Part shown: in pieces, positions 49,661 to 58,423 of the stretch
Position numbering within the stretch: the stretch's first letter is position 1
Layout of the letters: each line of letters begins with the position of its first letter
Assembly (NCBI GenBank): GCA_004321745.1
Contig: SGYO01000004.1
Location: forward strand, 47,016 to 111,015
DNA length: 64,000 bases
Direction: 5' to 3'
DNA from: a bacterium
GTDB taxonomy: Bacteria; Fidelibacterota; Marinisomatia; Marinisomatales; UBA1611
Translations under genes and position numbers: made by a program
The notes under the pieces: model-generated
Database searches by the model: none
What the model saw: the letters and a program-made list of their open reading frames with translations, nothing else
What the model was told of the DNA's origin: nothing

Positions 49661-50395
49661 ATGAGCACTTTACTCACTCTAAAACAATCTGTTAAAAAAA
49701 AAGGTGCAGGTTTCGTTGTTTTGATCGACCCAGATAAAAAAAATGATGAAAATATTATCGGATTAGTTGAAAATGCTAACCTAAATGGAGCAGATGCGAT
49801 TTTTGTAGGTGGTAGTATTATGATGGACAGTTTTTATAATGATCGTATAAAAAAAATTAAATCAATTTCAAATATCCCGGTGATTTTATTTCCAGGGGGA
49901 GTAAACCAGATAAGTAAACATTTTGATGCAATTTTATTTATGTCTTTGTTATCTGGCAGAAACCCTCATTACTTAATTGGCGAACAAGTTCTTGCAGCTC
50001 CTATAGTTAAAGACATTGGAATAGAAACAATACCAACAGCGTATTTACTCATAGATGGGGGTTCACCCACCAGCGTTGAGTATATTAGTGGAACGAAACC
50101 TTTACCGTCTTCTAAACCAGATTTACTAGTAGGTCATGCTCTGGCAGCTCAGTTCTTAGGAATGAAAATGATTTATCTCGAATGTGGTAGTGGAGCTAAA
50201 AATAGAATTCCGAATGAAACTTTACAGGCTGTCTCCAGCGAAATTGATATAGATGTTGTTGTAGGAGGTGGTGTCAGAACTCCAGAAGATGCAGGTCAAT
50301 TAGTAAATTCTGGTGCTTCATTTGTTGTGATAGGATCAGCAATTGAAAATTCAAAAGAATTAATTAGTGATTTTGCCTCAGCTATTCATCAATAA
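49661..50395 (+). CDS. Geranylgeranylglyceryl-/heptaprenylglyceryl-phosphate synthase family (GGGPS/PcrB) prenyltransferase
   Basis: 244 aa TIM-barrel-type sequence with LIDPDK, DAIFVGGS, ILFPGG, YLECGSGA and VVGGGVR motifs characteristic of the GGGPS/PcrB family. Confidence 0.8.
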   Translation: MSTLLTLKQSVKKKGAGFVVLIDPDKKNDENIIGLVENANLNGADAIFVGGSIMMDSFYNDRIKKIKSISNIPVILFPGGVNQISKHFDAILFMSLLSGRNPHYLIGEQVLAAPIVKDIGIETIPTAYLLIDGGSPTSVEYISGTKPLPSSKPDLLVGHALAAQFLGMKMIYLECGSGAKNRIPNETLQAVSSEIDIDVVVGGGVRTPEDAGQLVNSGASFVVIGSAIENSKELISDFASAIHQ

Positions 50396-50404
50396 ATAAT
50401 AATC

Positions 50405-50989
50405 ATGTCTATTAAAATGATTCAAGGATCTATTAAGAAACAAGTTGAAGAAAGTATAACAACCAAGAAATTATTAATTGAAAGTGGTTTAAATGATATT
50501 GAGGAAGCAGCTGTCTTATTAATAGATGCCATAAATGCTTCAAAGAAAATATTGTGGTGTGGTAACGGAGGTAGTGCAGCAGATGCGCAACATTTGGCTA
50601 CTGAGTTAATGGGTGGTATGAGTGACCATGACAGGAAACCTATCCCCTCAATCGCTCTTACCACGGACTCTTCATTCATTACTGCTTGGGCAAATGATAC
50701 TGACTTTAATTCAATTTTCTCTAGACAAATTCAAGGTATTGGAGATGCTGGCGATGTGCTCATAGGTATATCAACTAGCGGAAATTCTGAGAACGTTATA
50801 AATGCCATAAGACAAGCAAATTTTAAAAAATTAAAAACGATAACCTTAACGGGTAAAACTGCAGGGAGAATTGATGGTTTAGCTGATATAACAATAAAAG
50901 TTCCATCAGATAATACTCAAAGAATCCAAGAGTGTCATATAATGATTGGGCAAATTCTTTGTAGTTTAGTGGAAGAATCAGTTTTATAA
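50405..50989 (+). CDS. gmhA: D-sedoheptulose-7-phosphate isomerase (SIS domain)
   Basis: 194 aa with CGNGGSAADAQHLATEL and GISTSGNSENV motifs. Confidence 0.88.
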   Translation: MSIKMIQGSIKKQVEESITTKKLLIESGLNDIEEAAVLLIDAINASKKILWCGNGGSAADAQHLATELMGGMSDHDRKPIPSIALTTDSSFITAWANDTDFNSIFSRQIQGIGDAGDVLIGISTSGNSENVINAIRQANFKKLKTITLTGKTAGRIDGLADITIKVPSDNTQRIQECHIMIGQILCSLVEESVL

Positions 50990-50991
50990 GA

Positions 50992-52032
50992 TTGAATAAT
51001 TCTTACCTGCAAGACTATTTAACAATGCTTCGAGTAGAGCTTAATGTGTCAACCAAAACTATTGAAGCTTATAGCTCAGATATTAAAAGATATCTTTCAT
51101 TTTTAGTTGGTACAGAAAGTTTATCATCTTTAGACAGCGTCAATCAAGGTCATATAAGAAACTATGTTAAGAAATTAAGTGATCTCGGTCTTGCGCCTGC
51201 AAGTATAGCTAGGATGATTACTTCAGTACGTTCTTATCATCAGTTTTTATCTAAAGAAAAAATTCTTGACGATAATCCTTCTTTATTAATAGATACACCT
51301 AAATTATCAAAAAAATTGCCTGCAGTATTAACCCCAGATGAAATAGAAAATATTTTGAGTGTAATACCTAGGGATGATGCATTAAATTTTAGAGACTATG
51401 TGATAATTGAATTATTATATTCTTGTGGGTTAAGAGTAAGTGAGTTGTGTGAATTAAGTGTGCTTCAGCCTTTGATAGAGCCTGTGATTGATGATGATAT
51501 GGAGTTAGAATATGAAGATTTAGACGGTTTGAGAAAAATCAAAGCTGGTTTAGCAAAAAAGATGCATAAAAATTCTCCAGAATGGAAGGCTTATGAAAAG
51601 GCAAAAGAGAAGATACCTGGCATAATCAAAGTCCTAGGTAAAGGTAAAAATGAAAGGCTTGTCCCTATTGGTTTTAAATCAAGATCTATATGGAACAAAT
51701 TTATGATTAAATTTAGAGGAAGACTTTTAAAGGATAAAAAGATTGAAAATCTTTTTATTAGTAGAAATGGAAAACCTCTTACTCGGGCCATGGTAAATAA
51801 AATTGTAGATAAATGGTCTCTAAAATCTAACTTGAGAAAAAAAATTTCACCTCACACTTTTCGTCATTCTTTTGCCACACATTTAATTGAGGGTGGCGCA
51901 GATATAAGGTTTGTCCAACATATGTTAGGCCACGCAGATATTACAACTACTCAGATATACACTCATTTAGATAAGACGACCTTGAAAAACGAATATGATC
52001 ATTATCATCCACGATCTCAAAAAAGTACATAA
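50992..52032 (+). CDS. xerD: Tyrosine recombinase XerC/XerD family, with ~45-aa charged insertion in the catalytic domain
   Basis: TTG start. The N-terminal SAM-like domain (TIEAYSSDIKRYLSFL) and catalytic residues in GLRVSEL, HTFRHSFATHL and HMLGHADITTTQIYTH are present. 346 aa versus about 300 typical. Confidence 0.85.
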   Translation: MNNSYLQDYLTMLRVELNVSTKTIEAYSSDIKRYLSFLVGTESLSSLDSVNQGHIRNYVKKLSDLGLAPASIARMITSVRSYHQFLSKEKILDDNPSLLIDTPKLSKKLPAVLTPDEIENILSVIPRDDALNFRDYVIIELLYSCGLRVSELCELSVLQPLIEPVIDDDMELEYEDLDGLRKIKAGLAKKMHKNSPEWKAYEKAKEKIPGIIKVLGKGKNERLVPIGFKSRSIWNKFMIKFRGRLLKDKKIENLFISRNGKPLTRAMVNKIVDKWSLKSNLRKKISPHTFRHSFATHLIEGGADIRFVQHMLGHADITTTQIYTHLDKTTLKNEYDHYHPRSQKST

Positions 52033-52045
52033 AGAGGTATTTTAA

Positions 52046-52675
52046 ATGATATTTGGGAATTTAGATGTTCAAATAATCATTCTTTTGATTCCAGCTTTAG
52101 TTTTTTCACTCTCTTTTCATGAATTTGCACATGCTTGGATGGCATATAGATTGGGCGATGATACAGCAGCAAGACTAGGCAGGTTAACACTTAATCCTAT
52201 GGCGCATCTTGACCCCGTTGGTTCAATAGCTTTATTACTGATGGGGTTTGGCTGGGCAAAGCCTGTCCCTGTTGATCCTAGATATTTAAATAATCCCAGA
52301 GATGACATGGTCAAAGTTGCTGCTGCTGGACCGTTATCAAATTTATTATTAGCAATTTTAAGTGCAATTAGTTTACGTATATTATTAACTAGCGGATTTC
52401 TTTCTCCAGATTTAAAAACCTTTTTGATAATTTTTATGCAAATTAATATTACTTTAGCGGTTTTTAATCTTCTTCCTATCTCCCCCCTCGATGGGTCACA
52501 AATACTATCACCATATATTGAAAAGCATTTTGGTAGCCAAATGATTTATAAAATGAAGATGTACGGTCCTAGAGTTCTATTTTTTGTTATAATATTTAGC
52601 ATGGTAACCGGAATTCACATCTTTTCTTTTGTCATTACTCCAATATTTAATTTTTTTCTTTTTATATTTTTTTAA
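52046..52675 (+). CDS. Site-2 protease family (peptidase M50) membrane metalloprotease
   Basis: 209 aa with HEFAHAW (HExxH) in TM1 and NLLPISPLDGSQIL (NxxPxxxLDG). Confidence 0.85.
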   Translation: MIFGNLDVQIIILLIPALVFSLSFHEFAHAWMAYRLGDDTAARLGRLTLNPMAHLDPVGSIALLLMGFGWAKPVPVDPRYLNNPRDDMVKVAAAGPLSNLLLAILSAISLRILLTSGFLSPDLKTFLIIFMQINITLAVFNLLPISPLDGSQILSPYIEKHFGSQMIYKMKMYGPRVLFFVIIFSMVTGIHIFSFVITPIFNFFLFIFF

Positions 52676-52818
52676 ATATTGGTTTCAAGAAATTTGAGAA
52701 GATTTTTAAAAAAGACCAAAGTTAGTAATAAGTCACTTTTTCGATTAATTTTAATGTTAGCTGTGGTATTGTATTTAATGTATTACCTAGAAAATATTGC
52801 GATAAAAGGATAGACTAA

Positions 52819-54522
52819 TTGAGTAAAATAATTGAATGTGTTCCAAATTTCAGTGAAGGAACTGACCAAACAAAAATTAATACTATATTAAGTTCAATCA
52901 AATCAATTCAAGGTGTTACTGTACTTGATTGTGACCCTGGTTTAGATACAAACAGAACAGTAGTAACTTTTGTGGGAGATCCTGAAAGCGTAGTAGAGGC
53001 GGCTTTTCAAGGTATAAAGTGTGCTTCTGAACTAATTGATATGTCGCAACATATAGGTACACATCCTCGCATTGGTGCTACAGATGTTTGTCCTATCATT
53101 CCTGTAAGTGGTATTTCGATAGAAGAATGTATTGAATACTCAAATATTTTAGCTAGAAAAGTCGGTCTTGAATTAAATATTCCAGTTTATCTTTATGAAA
53201 AATCTGCTATTTCTCCAGCGAGGGAAAATCTAGCCTCTATAAGAGAAGGTGAATATGAGGGCCTAGAGCAAAAATTAAAAGATAAAAATTGGAAGCCAGA
53301 CTTTGGTCCAACTAAGTTTAATAAATCTGCTGGTGCAACAGTGATTGGATGTAGAGAATTTTTAATTGCATACAATATTAATTTAAATACCGCAGATAAA
53401 AGACTGGCTACTGATATCGCGTTTGAAATAAGGGAGGCTGGTAGAAGTAAGCGTAAAAAAAATCCTAAGTCATCAAATCTTTTAGATGGTGAAATCATTC
53501 GTCATGAGAATGGCTCGCCAATCAAAGTCCCTGGAAAGTTTAAGTATCTTAAAGCAATCGGATGGTATGTAAGTGAATACAATAGGGCCCAAATTTCAAT
53601 TAATTTTACAAATTATAAAATCTCTCCAATTCATCATGTTTTTGATGCAGTGTGTGATTTTGCGGTTAAGAGAGGATTGAGAGTCACAGGCAGTGAATTA
53701 GTAGGTCTCATCCCCAAATCTGCACTTATAGATGCAGGGAAATATTATTTAAAGAAGCAAGGCAGATCTTTAGGTGTATCCGAAAATGATATCTTAGAAT
53801 GTGCTGTACAAAGTCTTGGTTTAAATGATGTATCTAAGTTTAGTTCTAAAGAAAAAATTATTGAATTTGCAATTGAAGATAAAAAAGACTCATTATTGCA
53901 TTTAAGCACTGATGATTTAATTCACTCTGTTTCACAAAATAGTCCATCTCCTGGAGGTGGAAGTGTATCTGCCCTTGCAGGAGCTTTGGGTGCAGCTCTT
54001 TTGTCTATGGTCTGTTTGTTAACATATGATAAAAAAGAATATTTAAGTAAACGTACAAAAATGAGTCATTTAGGTGAAATGGCTCATAAATATCAAAAAA
54101 GGCTTAAAGAACTTATTGATGAAGATACCCGTGCATTTGATAGTGTAATAAATGCAAGTAGGTTGCCTGGAAAATCAAAATCAGAGATTAAATTTAAAAA
54201 ACAAGAATTATTCAAAGCATATAAAATAGCAACTGATACACCGCTAGAAATTGCAGTTATCTCATTAGAAATTATGAAACTTTCAATCGATTTAATTAAA
54301 TATGGTAATCCAAATTCTGTAACAGATGCCCATGTTGCAGCTGAAGTTGGTTTAGCTGGTGTTCGTGGTGGATGTGTTAATGTTATGATAAACTTATCGA
54401 GCTTTGATAAAATTTCAGATTATGATGCAAAAATTGAAGAAAAAATAGAAGGTCTACTAAAAGAATCAAATGAACTTCATAAAAAAGCATTTACCCTAAC
54501 GAAAAAAATTATAAAAGATTAA
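52819..54522 (+). CDS. ftcD: Bifunctional glutamate formimidoyltransferase / formimidoyl-THF cyclodeaminase
   Basis: TTG start. (M)SKIIECVPNFSEG is the formiminotransferase N-terminus. The C-terminal ~220 aa (SPSPGGGSVSALAGALGAALLSMV) is the cyclodeaminase domain. 567 aa fused. Confidence 0.88.
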   Translation: MSKIIECVPNFSEGTDQTKINTILSSIKSIQGVTVLDCDPGLDTNRTVVTFVGDPESVVEAAFQGIKCASELIDMSQHIGTHPRIGATDVCPIIPVSGISIEECIEYSNILARKVGLELNIPVYLYEKSAISPARENLASIREGEYEGLEQKLKDKNWKPDFGPTKFNKSAGATVIGCREFLIAYNINLNTADKRLATDIAFEIREAGRSKRKKNPKSSNLLDGEIIRHENGSPIKVPGKFKYLKAIGWYVSEYNRAQISINFTNYKISPIHHVFDAVCDFAVKRGLRVTGSELVGLIPKSALIDAGKYYLKKQGRSLGVSENDILECAVQSLGLNDVSKFSSKEKIIEFAIEDKKDSLLHLSTDDLIHSVSQNSPSPGGGSVSALAGALGAALLSMVCLLTYDKKEYLSKRTKMSHLGEMAHKYQKRLKELIDEDTRAFDSVINASRLPGKSKSEIKFKKQELFKAYKIATDTPLEIAVISLEIMKLSIDLIKYGNPNSVTDAHVAAEVGLAGVRGGCVNVMINLSSFDKISDYDAKIEEKIEGLLKESNELHKKAFTLTKKIIKD

Positions 54523-54529
54523 AATTAAA

Positions 54530-56272
54530 ATGGATATTTTACGTTTATCAGAAGATCTGCAAAATAAAATTTCAGCTGGAGAGGTTGTTGAAAGGCCTTC
54601 ATCTGTAGTTAAAGAGCTCTTGGAAAATAGTTTAGATGCAGGTGCAAAACAGATTGATATAGTTATTGAGCAAGGAGGAAATCAACTAATCCAGGTACGC
54701 GATAATGGTATAGGAATTAAAAAAGTACAATTGCCTAATGCTTTAAAGCGTTTTCATACAAGTAAATTATCCAATTTAAATGATTTATTTGCAATTGATA
54801 CCTTAGGATTTAGAGGAGAGGCTCTAGCGAGTATCGCTTCTGTTGCTCAAGTCTCAATTATTTCAAATGTTGAAGGATTTGAGGGATTTGAAATCAATGT
54901 CATTGATGGAAATCTAAGTGATATCATTCCAGCTCCAAAAATCGATGGCACTCAAATTACAATTAGGGATCTTTTTTATAATACACCAGCGAGAAAAAAA
55001 TTTTTAAAAACTCCTCGAACAGAAGCTAGGAAAATTATTGAGACAGTTAAGAGGTTTGGATTATCATGTCCTGATCTAGGAATCTCTTTGGTCGCGGATG
55101 GGAAAAAAATAATTGATCTTATTCCTGAGACACTAGAAGATAGAATAGGCTCATTATTTGACAATACCTATCCAAAAAATTTAATACCAATAATGATCTC
55201 TAAAGCAGATTTTACTTTTTCTGGATATATCGGAAACTTAAATCTTATTAGAAAACGATTTGGTGAACAATACATATTTCTAAATGGTAGGTATATTAAA
55301 GATAGACTTCTTAATTCTGGTGTTTATTCATCTTACCAGTCTTTAGTTAAAAGGGGAGAATATCCTTTTTTCGTTATAAATATTCAAATGCCATTTGATC
55401 AGGTAGACGTGAATGTGCACCCTATGAAGACTGAAGTTAGATTTAAGGATGAATGGAGAGTCTATCATGTTTTAAAATCTGGAGTAAGTTATGCTTTGAC
55501 AGAGATTTTAAATACCATACCAAATTTTCAGCGTATTAGTTCTGATTCTGATTCTTTTTTTCAAACTTCAAACAGGCAGTCCACAATTGAATTTCAGAGT
55601 AATTATAAGGATAATAAGAATTTTTACTCTAATCTTGAGAAAATAGATAGGGCTAAAATTTATGCCTCCAACATTACTTCAGTTGAAAATGAAGAGAATA
55701 ATTTTAATATTGAAAAATTATGGCAAGTACACAATAAATATATTGTTTCAGAAATTAATAGTGGTCTTGTGGTCATCGATCAGCACGTGGCTCATGAACG
55801 TGTTTTATATGAAGAAAGCTTGCAAGCTTTTGAATCAAAAGTCATGTCATCACAAACATTGTTGTTCCCTGAAGAAATAGAATTTTCTAAAGATGAATAT
55901 GATATATTATTAGAGATTTTTCCTTATTTGAAAAAAATTGGATTTAAAATAATTGAAACAGATGAATCAAAATTAATTGTTGAAGCTACCCCTTCAGATA
56001 TAAGCTGGGGTGATGAAAAAAAAATCATTAAGGAAATTATAGATGAATTCATTAGTACTCGCAAAAAATATAGTTCTTATAAAGAAGCCTTAGCAGCCTC
56101 ATTTGCTTGTAAAGCAGCAGTAAAAGCTGGAGATCAAATGACAAAAGAAGAGCTGGCGATGTTGGTTAATAGATTGTTTGCGACTGAGCATCCTTATTAT
56201 TGCCCTCATGGAAGGCCAATTATTATGCAACTTTCTCTAGAAGAGCTTGATAAAAGGTTTGAAAGAATTTAA
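54530..56272 (+). CDS. mutL: DNA mismatch repair protein MutL
   Basis: ISAGEVVERPSSVVKELLENSLDAG (GHKL ATPase) and a C-terminal dimerisation domain with CPHGRP. 580 aa. Confidence 0.95.
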   Translation: MDILRLSEDLQNKISAGEVVERPSSVVKELLENSLDAGAKQIDIVIEQGGNQLIQVRDNGIGIKKVQLPNALKRFHTSKLSNLNDLFAIDTLGFRGEALASIASVAQVSIISNVEGFEGFEINVIDGNLSDIIPAPKIDGTQITIRDLFYNTPARKKFLKTPRTEARKIIETVKRFGLSCPDLGISLVADGKKIIDLIPETLEDRIGSLFDNTYPKNLIPIMISKADFTFSGYIGNLNLIRKRFGEQYIFLNGRYIKDRLLNSGVYSSYQSLVKRGEYPFFVINIQMPFDQVDVNVHPMKTEVRFKDEWRVYHVLKSGVSYALTEILNTIPNFQRISSDSDSFFQTSNRQSTIEFQSNYKDNKNFYSNLEKIDRAKIYASNITSVENEENNFNIEKLWQVHNKYIVSEINSGLVVIDQHVAHERVLYEESLQAFESKVMSSQTLLFPEEIEFSKDEYDILLEIFPYLKKIGFKIIETDESKLIVEATPSDISWGDEKKIIKEIIDEFISTRKKYSSYKEALAASFACKAAVKAGDQMTKEELAMLVNRLFATEHPYYCPHGRPIIMQLSLEELDKRFERI

Positions 56273-56763
56273 GATATTTCTTTTGGCGATATTAACCAGT
56301 CTAATGTTCCTCGGCCAAACTCAACCTCACTCCAACTATTTAAAGAGAAATTAATTTTAGCCATAGATGCAGTTTTAAACCTAGCAATATGAAAAGTGCT
56401 TTGGGATATAAAACTTGAGCAGGCTGGTTCATGACCAACAAAACATATACTTTTATGTTTGTCATCAATAAGCTTGGTTAATTCAAGTAGAAAATCGGAA
56501 GATCTGCCGTAAATTTTTTCATTGATATAAAAATTTGAACTCCAATTTCCTGCCTTGATAGCTAATTTAGCAGTAGCTATTGCTCTCTCAGCAGAGGAAG
56601 AAATTACTATATCAGGAATCTGATCTTTATCTTTCAAGAAAATACCCATTTTTTTTGAAGCATTTATACCTCTTTCAGATAGTGGTCTATCGTGGTCTCT
56701 GCTATAGACAGCGTTCCAATCAGATTTTCCATGACGAAAAATGATTATACTGTAATTTTTCAT
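56269..56763 (-). CDS. sixA: Phosphohistidine phosphatase SixA (histidine phosphatase superfamily)
   Basis: 164 aa with N-terminal IIFRHGKSDW (RHG motif) and GHEP later in the sequence. Convergent with mutL, overlapping by 4 nt (TTAA). Confidence 0.8.
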   Translation of the reverse strand: MKNYSIIIFRHGKSDWNAVYSRDHDRPLSERGINASKKMGIFLKDKDQIPDIVISSSAERAIATAKLAIKAGNWSSNFYINEKIYGRSSDFLLELTKLIDDKHKSICFVGHEPACSSFISQSTFHIARFKTASMAKINFSLNSWSEVEFGRGTLDWLISPKEIS

Positions 56764-56823
56764 GATTTAAATTAATATGTGTTTAAATATGTATTTAATC
56801 TATTGAACTATCATTATAATTAA

Positions 56824-57756
56824 TTGAAAAAAATTTTAACAATAATTGGACCTACAGCTGTCGGTAAAACAAATATTAGTATAAAAATAGCCAAGCTGAT
56901 AAAGGGTCAAGTAGTGGGTCTTGATTCAAGGCAGATATATAAAGAAATGTCAATTGGCACAGCTCAACCAAATAAAATTGAAATGCAGTCTATTGTACAT
57001 CATCTTATTGGAGAAAGAGATCCATGGAAATCGGTTTCTGCTGGTGAGTATTCAAAAATGGTTATTAAAAGTGTTAATAGCATAATAAATGCTGGAGAGA
57101 ATCCTATTATTTGTGGAGGTGCAGGTTTGTATTATAGCGCGATAAATAATGGGATTTTTGAGAAAAGTAGTTCTAATGAAGATATAAGAAAAGATTTAGA
57201 ATTAAGGTATGATAAAAATCCTATCAAGTTACACAATGAATTAAAGAAAATTGATCCAGACTATTATAAAATTGTCCATTTAAATAACAAGAAAAGATTA
57301 GTTAGAGCTTTAGAAATATATCAAATCACAGGAAAAGCTCCTTCTGAAAATTTTAAAAATCATTACATAGAAAAAACAAATAAATTGAATTTATTTACTG
57401 TTTTTTTAACCATTGAGAAAGAGCCTCATTTAAATAATATTAGAGAAAGGACAATTAAAATGCTTGATAATGGTTGGATTGATGAAGTAAAGAGCTTAAT
57501 TACTTTAAAAGAGGAAATGGAGATTGATTTTCCAGCGCTAGATTCGATTGGTTATAAGCAAATAATTGAATACTTAAATGGTTTAATTAATAAAGACTTA
57601 TTAATAGAAACTATCGTTAGTAAGACTTGGCAGTATGCTAAGAAACAATACAAATGGTTCAAAAAAGAAAACATTGATTTTATTGTAGATATCACAAACC
57701 TTGATTCTAGAATAGTATCTGATTGTATTTATGATATATACGAATCAATTAATTAA
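56824..57756 (+). CDS. miaA: tRNA dimethylallyltransferase
   Basis: TTG start. (M)KKILTIIGPTAVGKT P-loop, DSRQIYKEMSIGTAQP and GGAGLYY are present. Confidence 0.92.
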   Translation: MKKILTIIGPTAVGKTNISIKIAKLIKGQVVGLDSRQIYKEMSIGTAQPNKIEMQSIVHHLIGERDPWKSVSAGEYSKMVIKSVNSIINAGENPIICGGAGLYYSAINNGIFEKSSSNEDIRKDLELRYDKNPIKLHNELKKIDPDYYKIVHLNNKKRLVRALEIYQITGKAPSENFKNHYIEKTNKLNLFTVFLTIEKEPHLNNIRERTIKMLDNGWIDEVKSLITLKEEMEIDFPALDSIGYKQIIEYLNGLINKDLLIETIVSKTWQYAKKQYKWFKKENIDFIVDITNLDSRIVSDCIYDIYESIN

Positions 57757-57808
57757 GAATTTTATTAATAATCATTTTTTGTTAAATTTAATTTTAAACA
57801 TAACCTTT

Positions 57809-57848
57809 AAAATAGTTCAGCGAGACTAAAAAGGATGCACTCTATTTT
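57809..57848 (+). promoter_or_regulatory. Candidate PyrR-binding leader hairpin upstream of pyrR-pyrB-pyrC
   Basis: AAAATAG (57809-57815) pairs with CTATTTT (57842-57848), followed by T-rich sequence. The apical part contains AGUUCAGCGAGACU (57814-57827), resembling the Bacillus PyrR-binding core (about ARUCCAGAGAGGYU, from memory) at 11 of 14 positions, followed by AAAAAGGAU. Confidence 0.35.
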
Positions 57849-57880
57849 TACTCATCTTTTTATGTCTTTTAATTTAAAAA

Positions 57881-58423
57881 TTGAATAAAAATAGAAAAAT
57901 TCTGTCACCTAAAGATATCTCAAGCAAAATAACTCGAATTGCTCATGAAATTATTGAGCATCACAATGATTTGTCTAATTTAGTTCTTCTTGGCATTCAT
58001 AATAGAGGCGTTCCAATTGCAGGTAGGTTAAGAAAACTCATTCAAGATTTTACTAATATAGAAATTCAGCTAGGTTCTTTGGATATTACTTTTCACCGTG
58101 ATGACTTTAGAGATAGACTGACTATGCCTGAAATTAAAGGCACTGACATACAATTTGATTTAAGTGATAAAGTTATAATTTTAGTCGATGATGTTCTTTA
58201 CTCTGGTCGTACAATAAGAGCAGCCTTAGATGAAATAAACAGTTTTGGAAGACCTTCTATCATAAGACTTGCAGTGCTTGTTGATAGAGGTCATAGAGAA
58301 CTTCCCATCAGAGCTGATTTTGTCGGGAAAAATATCCCTACGCATTCTGGCGAACACATTGCTGTTCGTTTAGTAGAGTCAGATGGTGAGGATGGTGTTT
58401 TTTTAATAAATGGAGATGAGTGA
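57881..58423 (+). CDS. pyrR: Bifunctional pyr operon regulator / uracil phosphoribosyltransferase PyrR
   Basis: TTG start. ITRIAHEIIEHH and the PRPP motif VILVDDVLYSGRTIRAAL are present. 180 aa, followed by pyrB. Confidence 0.92.
   Translation: MNKNRKILSPKDISSKITRIAHEIIEHHNDLSNLVLLGIHNRGVPIAGRLRKLIQDFTNIEIQLGSLDITFHRDDFRDRLTMPEIKGTDIQFDLSDKVIILVDDVLYSGRTIRAALDEINSFGRPSIIRLAVLVDRGHRELPIRADFVGKNIPTHSGEHIAVRLVESDGEDGVFLINGDE

Noticed and set aside
52676-52818. Folate (THF) riboswitch or other structured leader upstream of ftcD
   Set aside because: The sequence is extremely AT-rich with no conserved helices or GC-rich pseudoknot elements. The small-ORF or promoter explanations are simpler.
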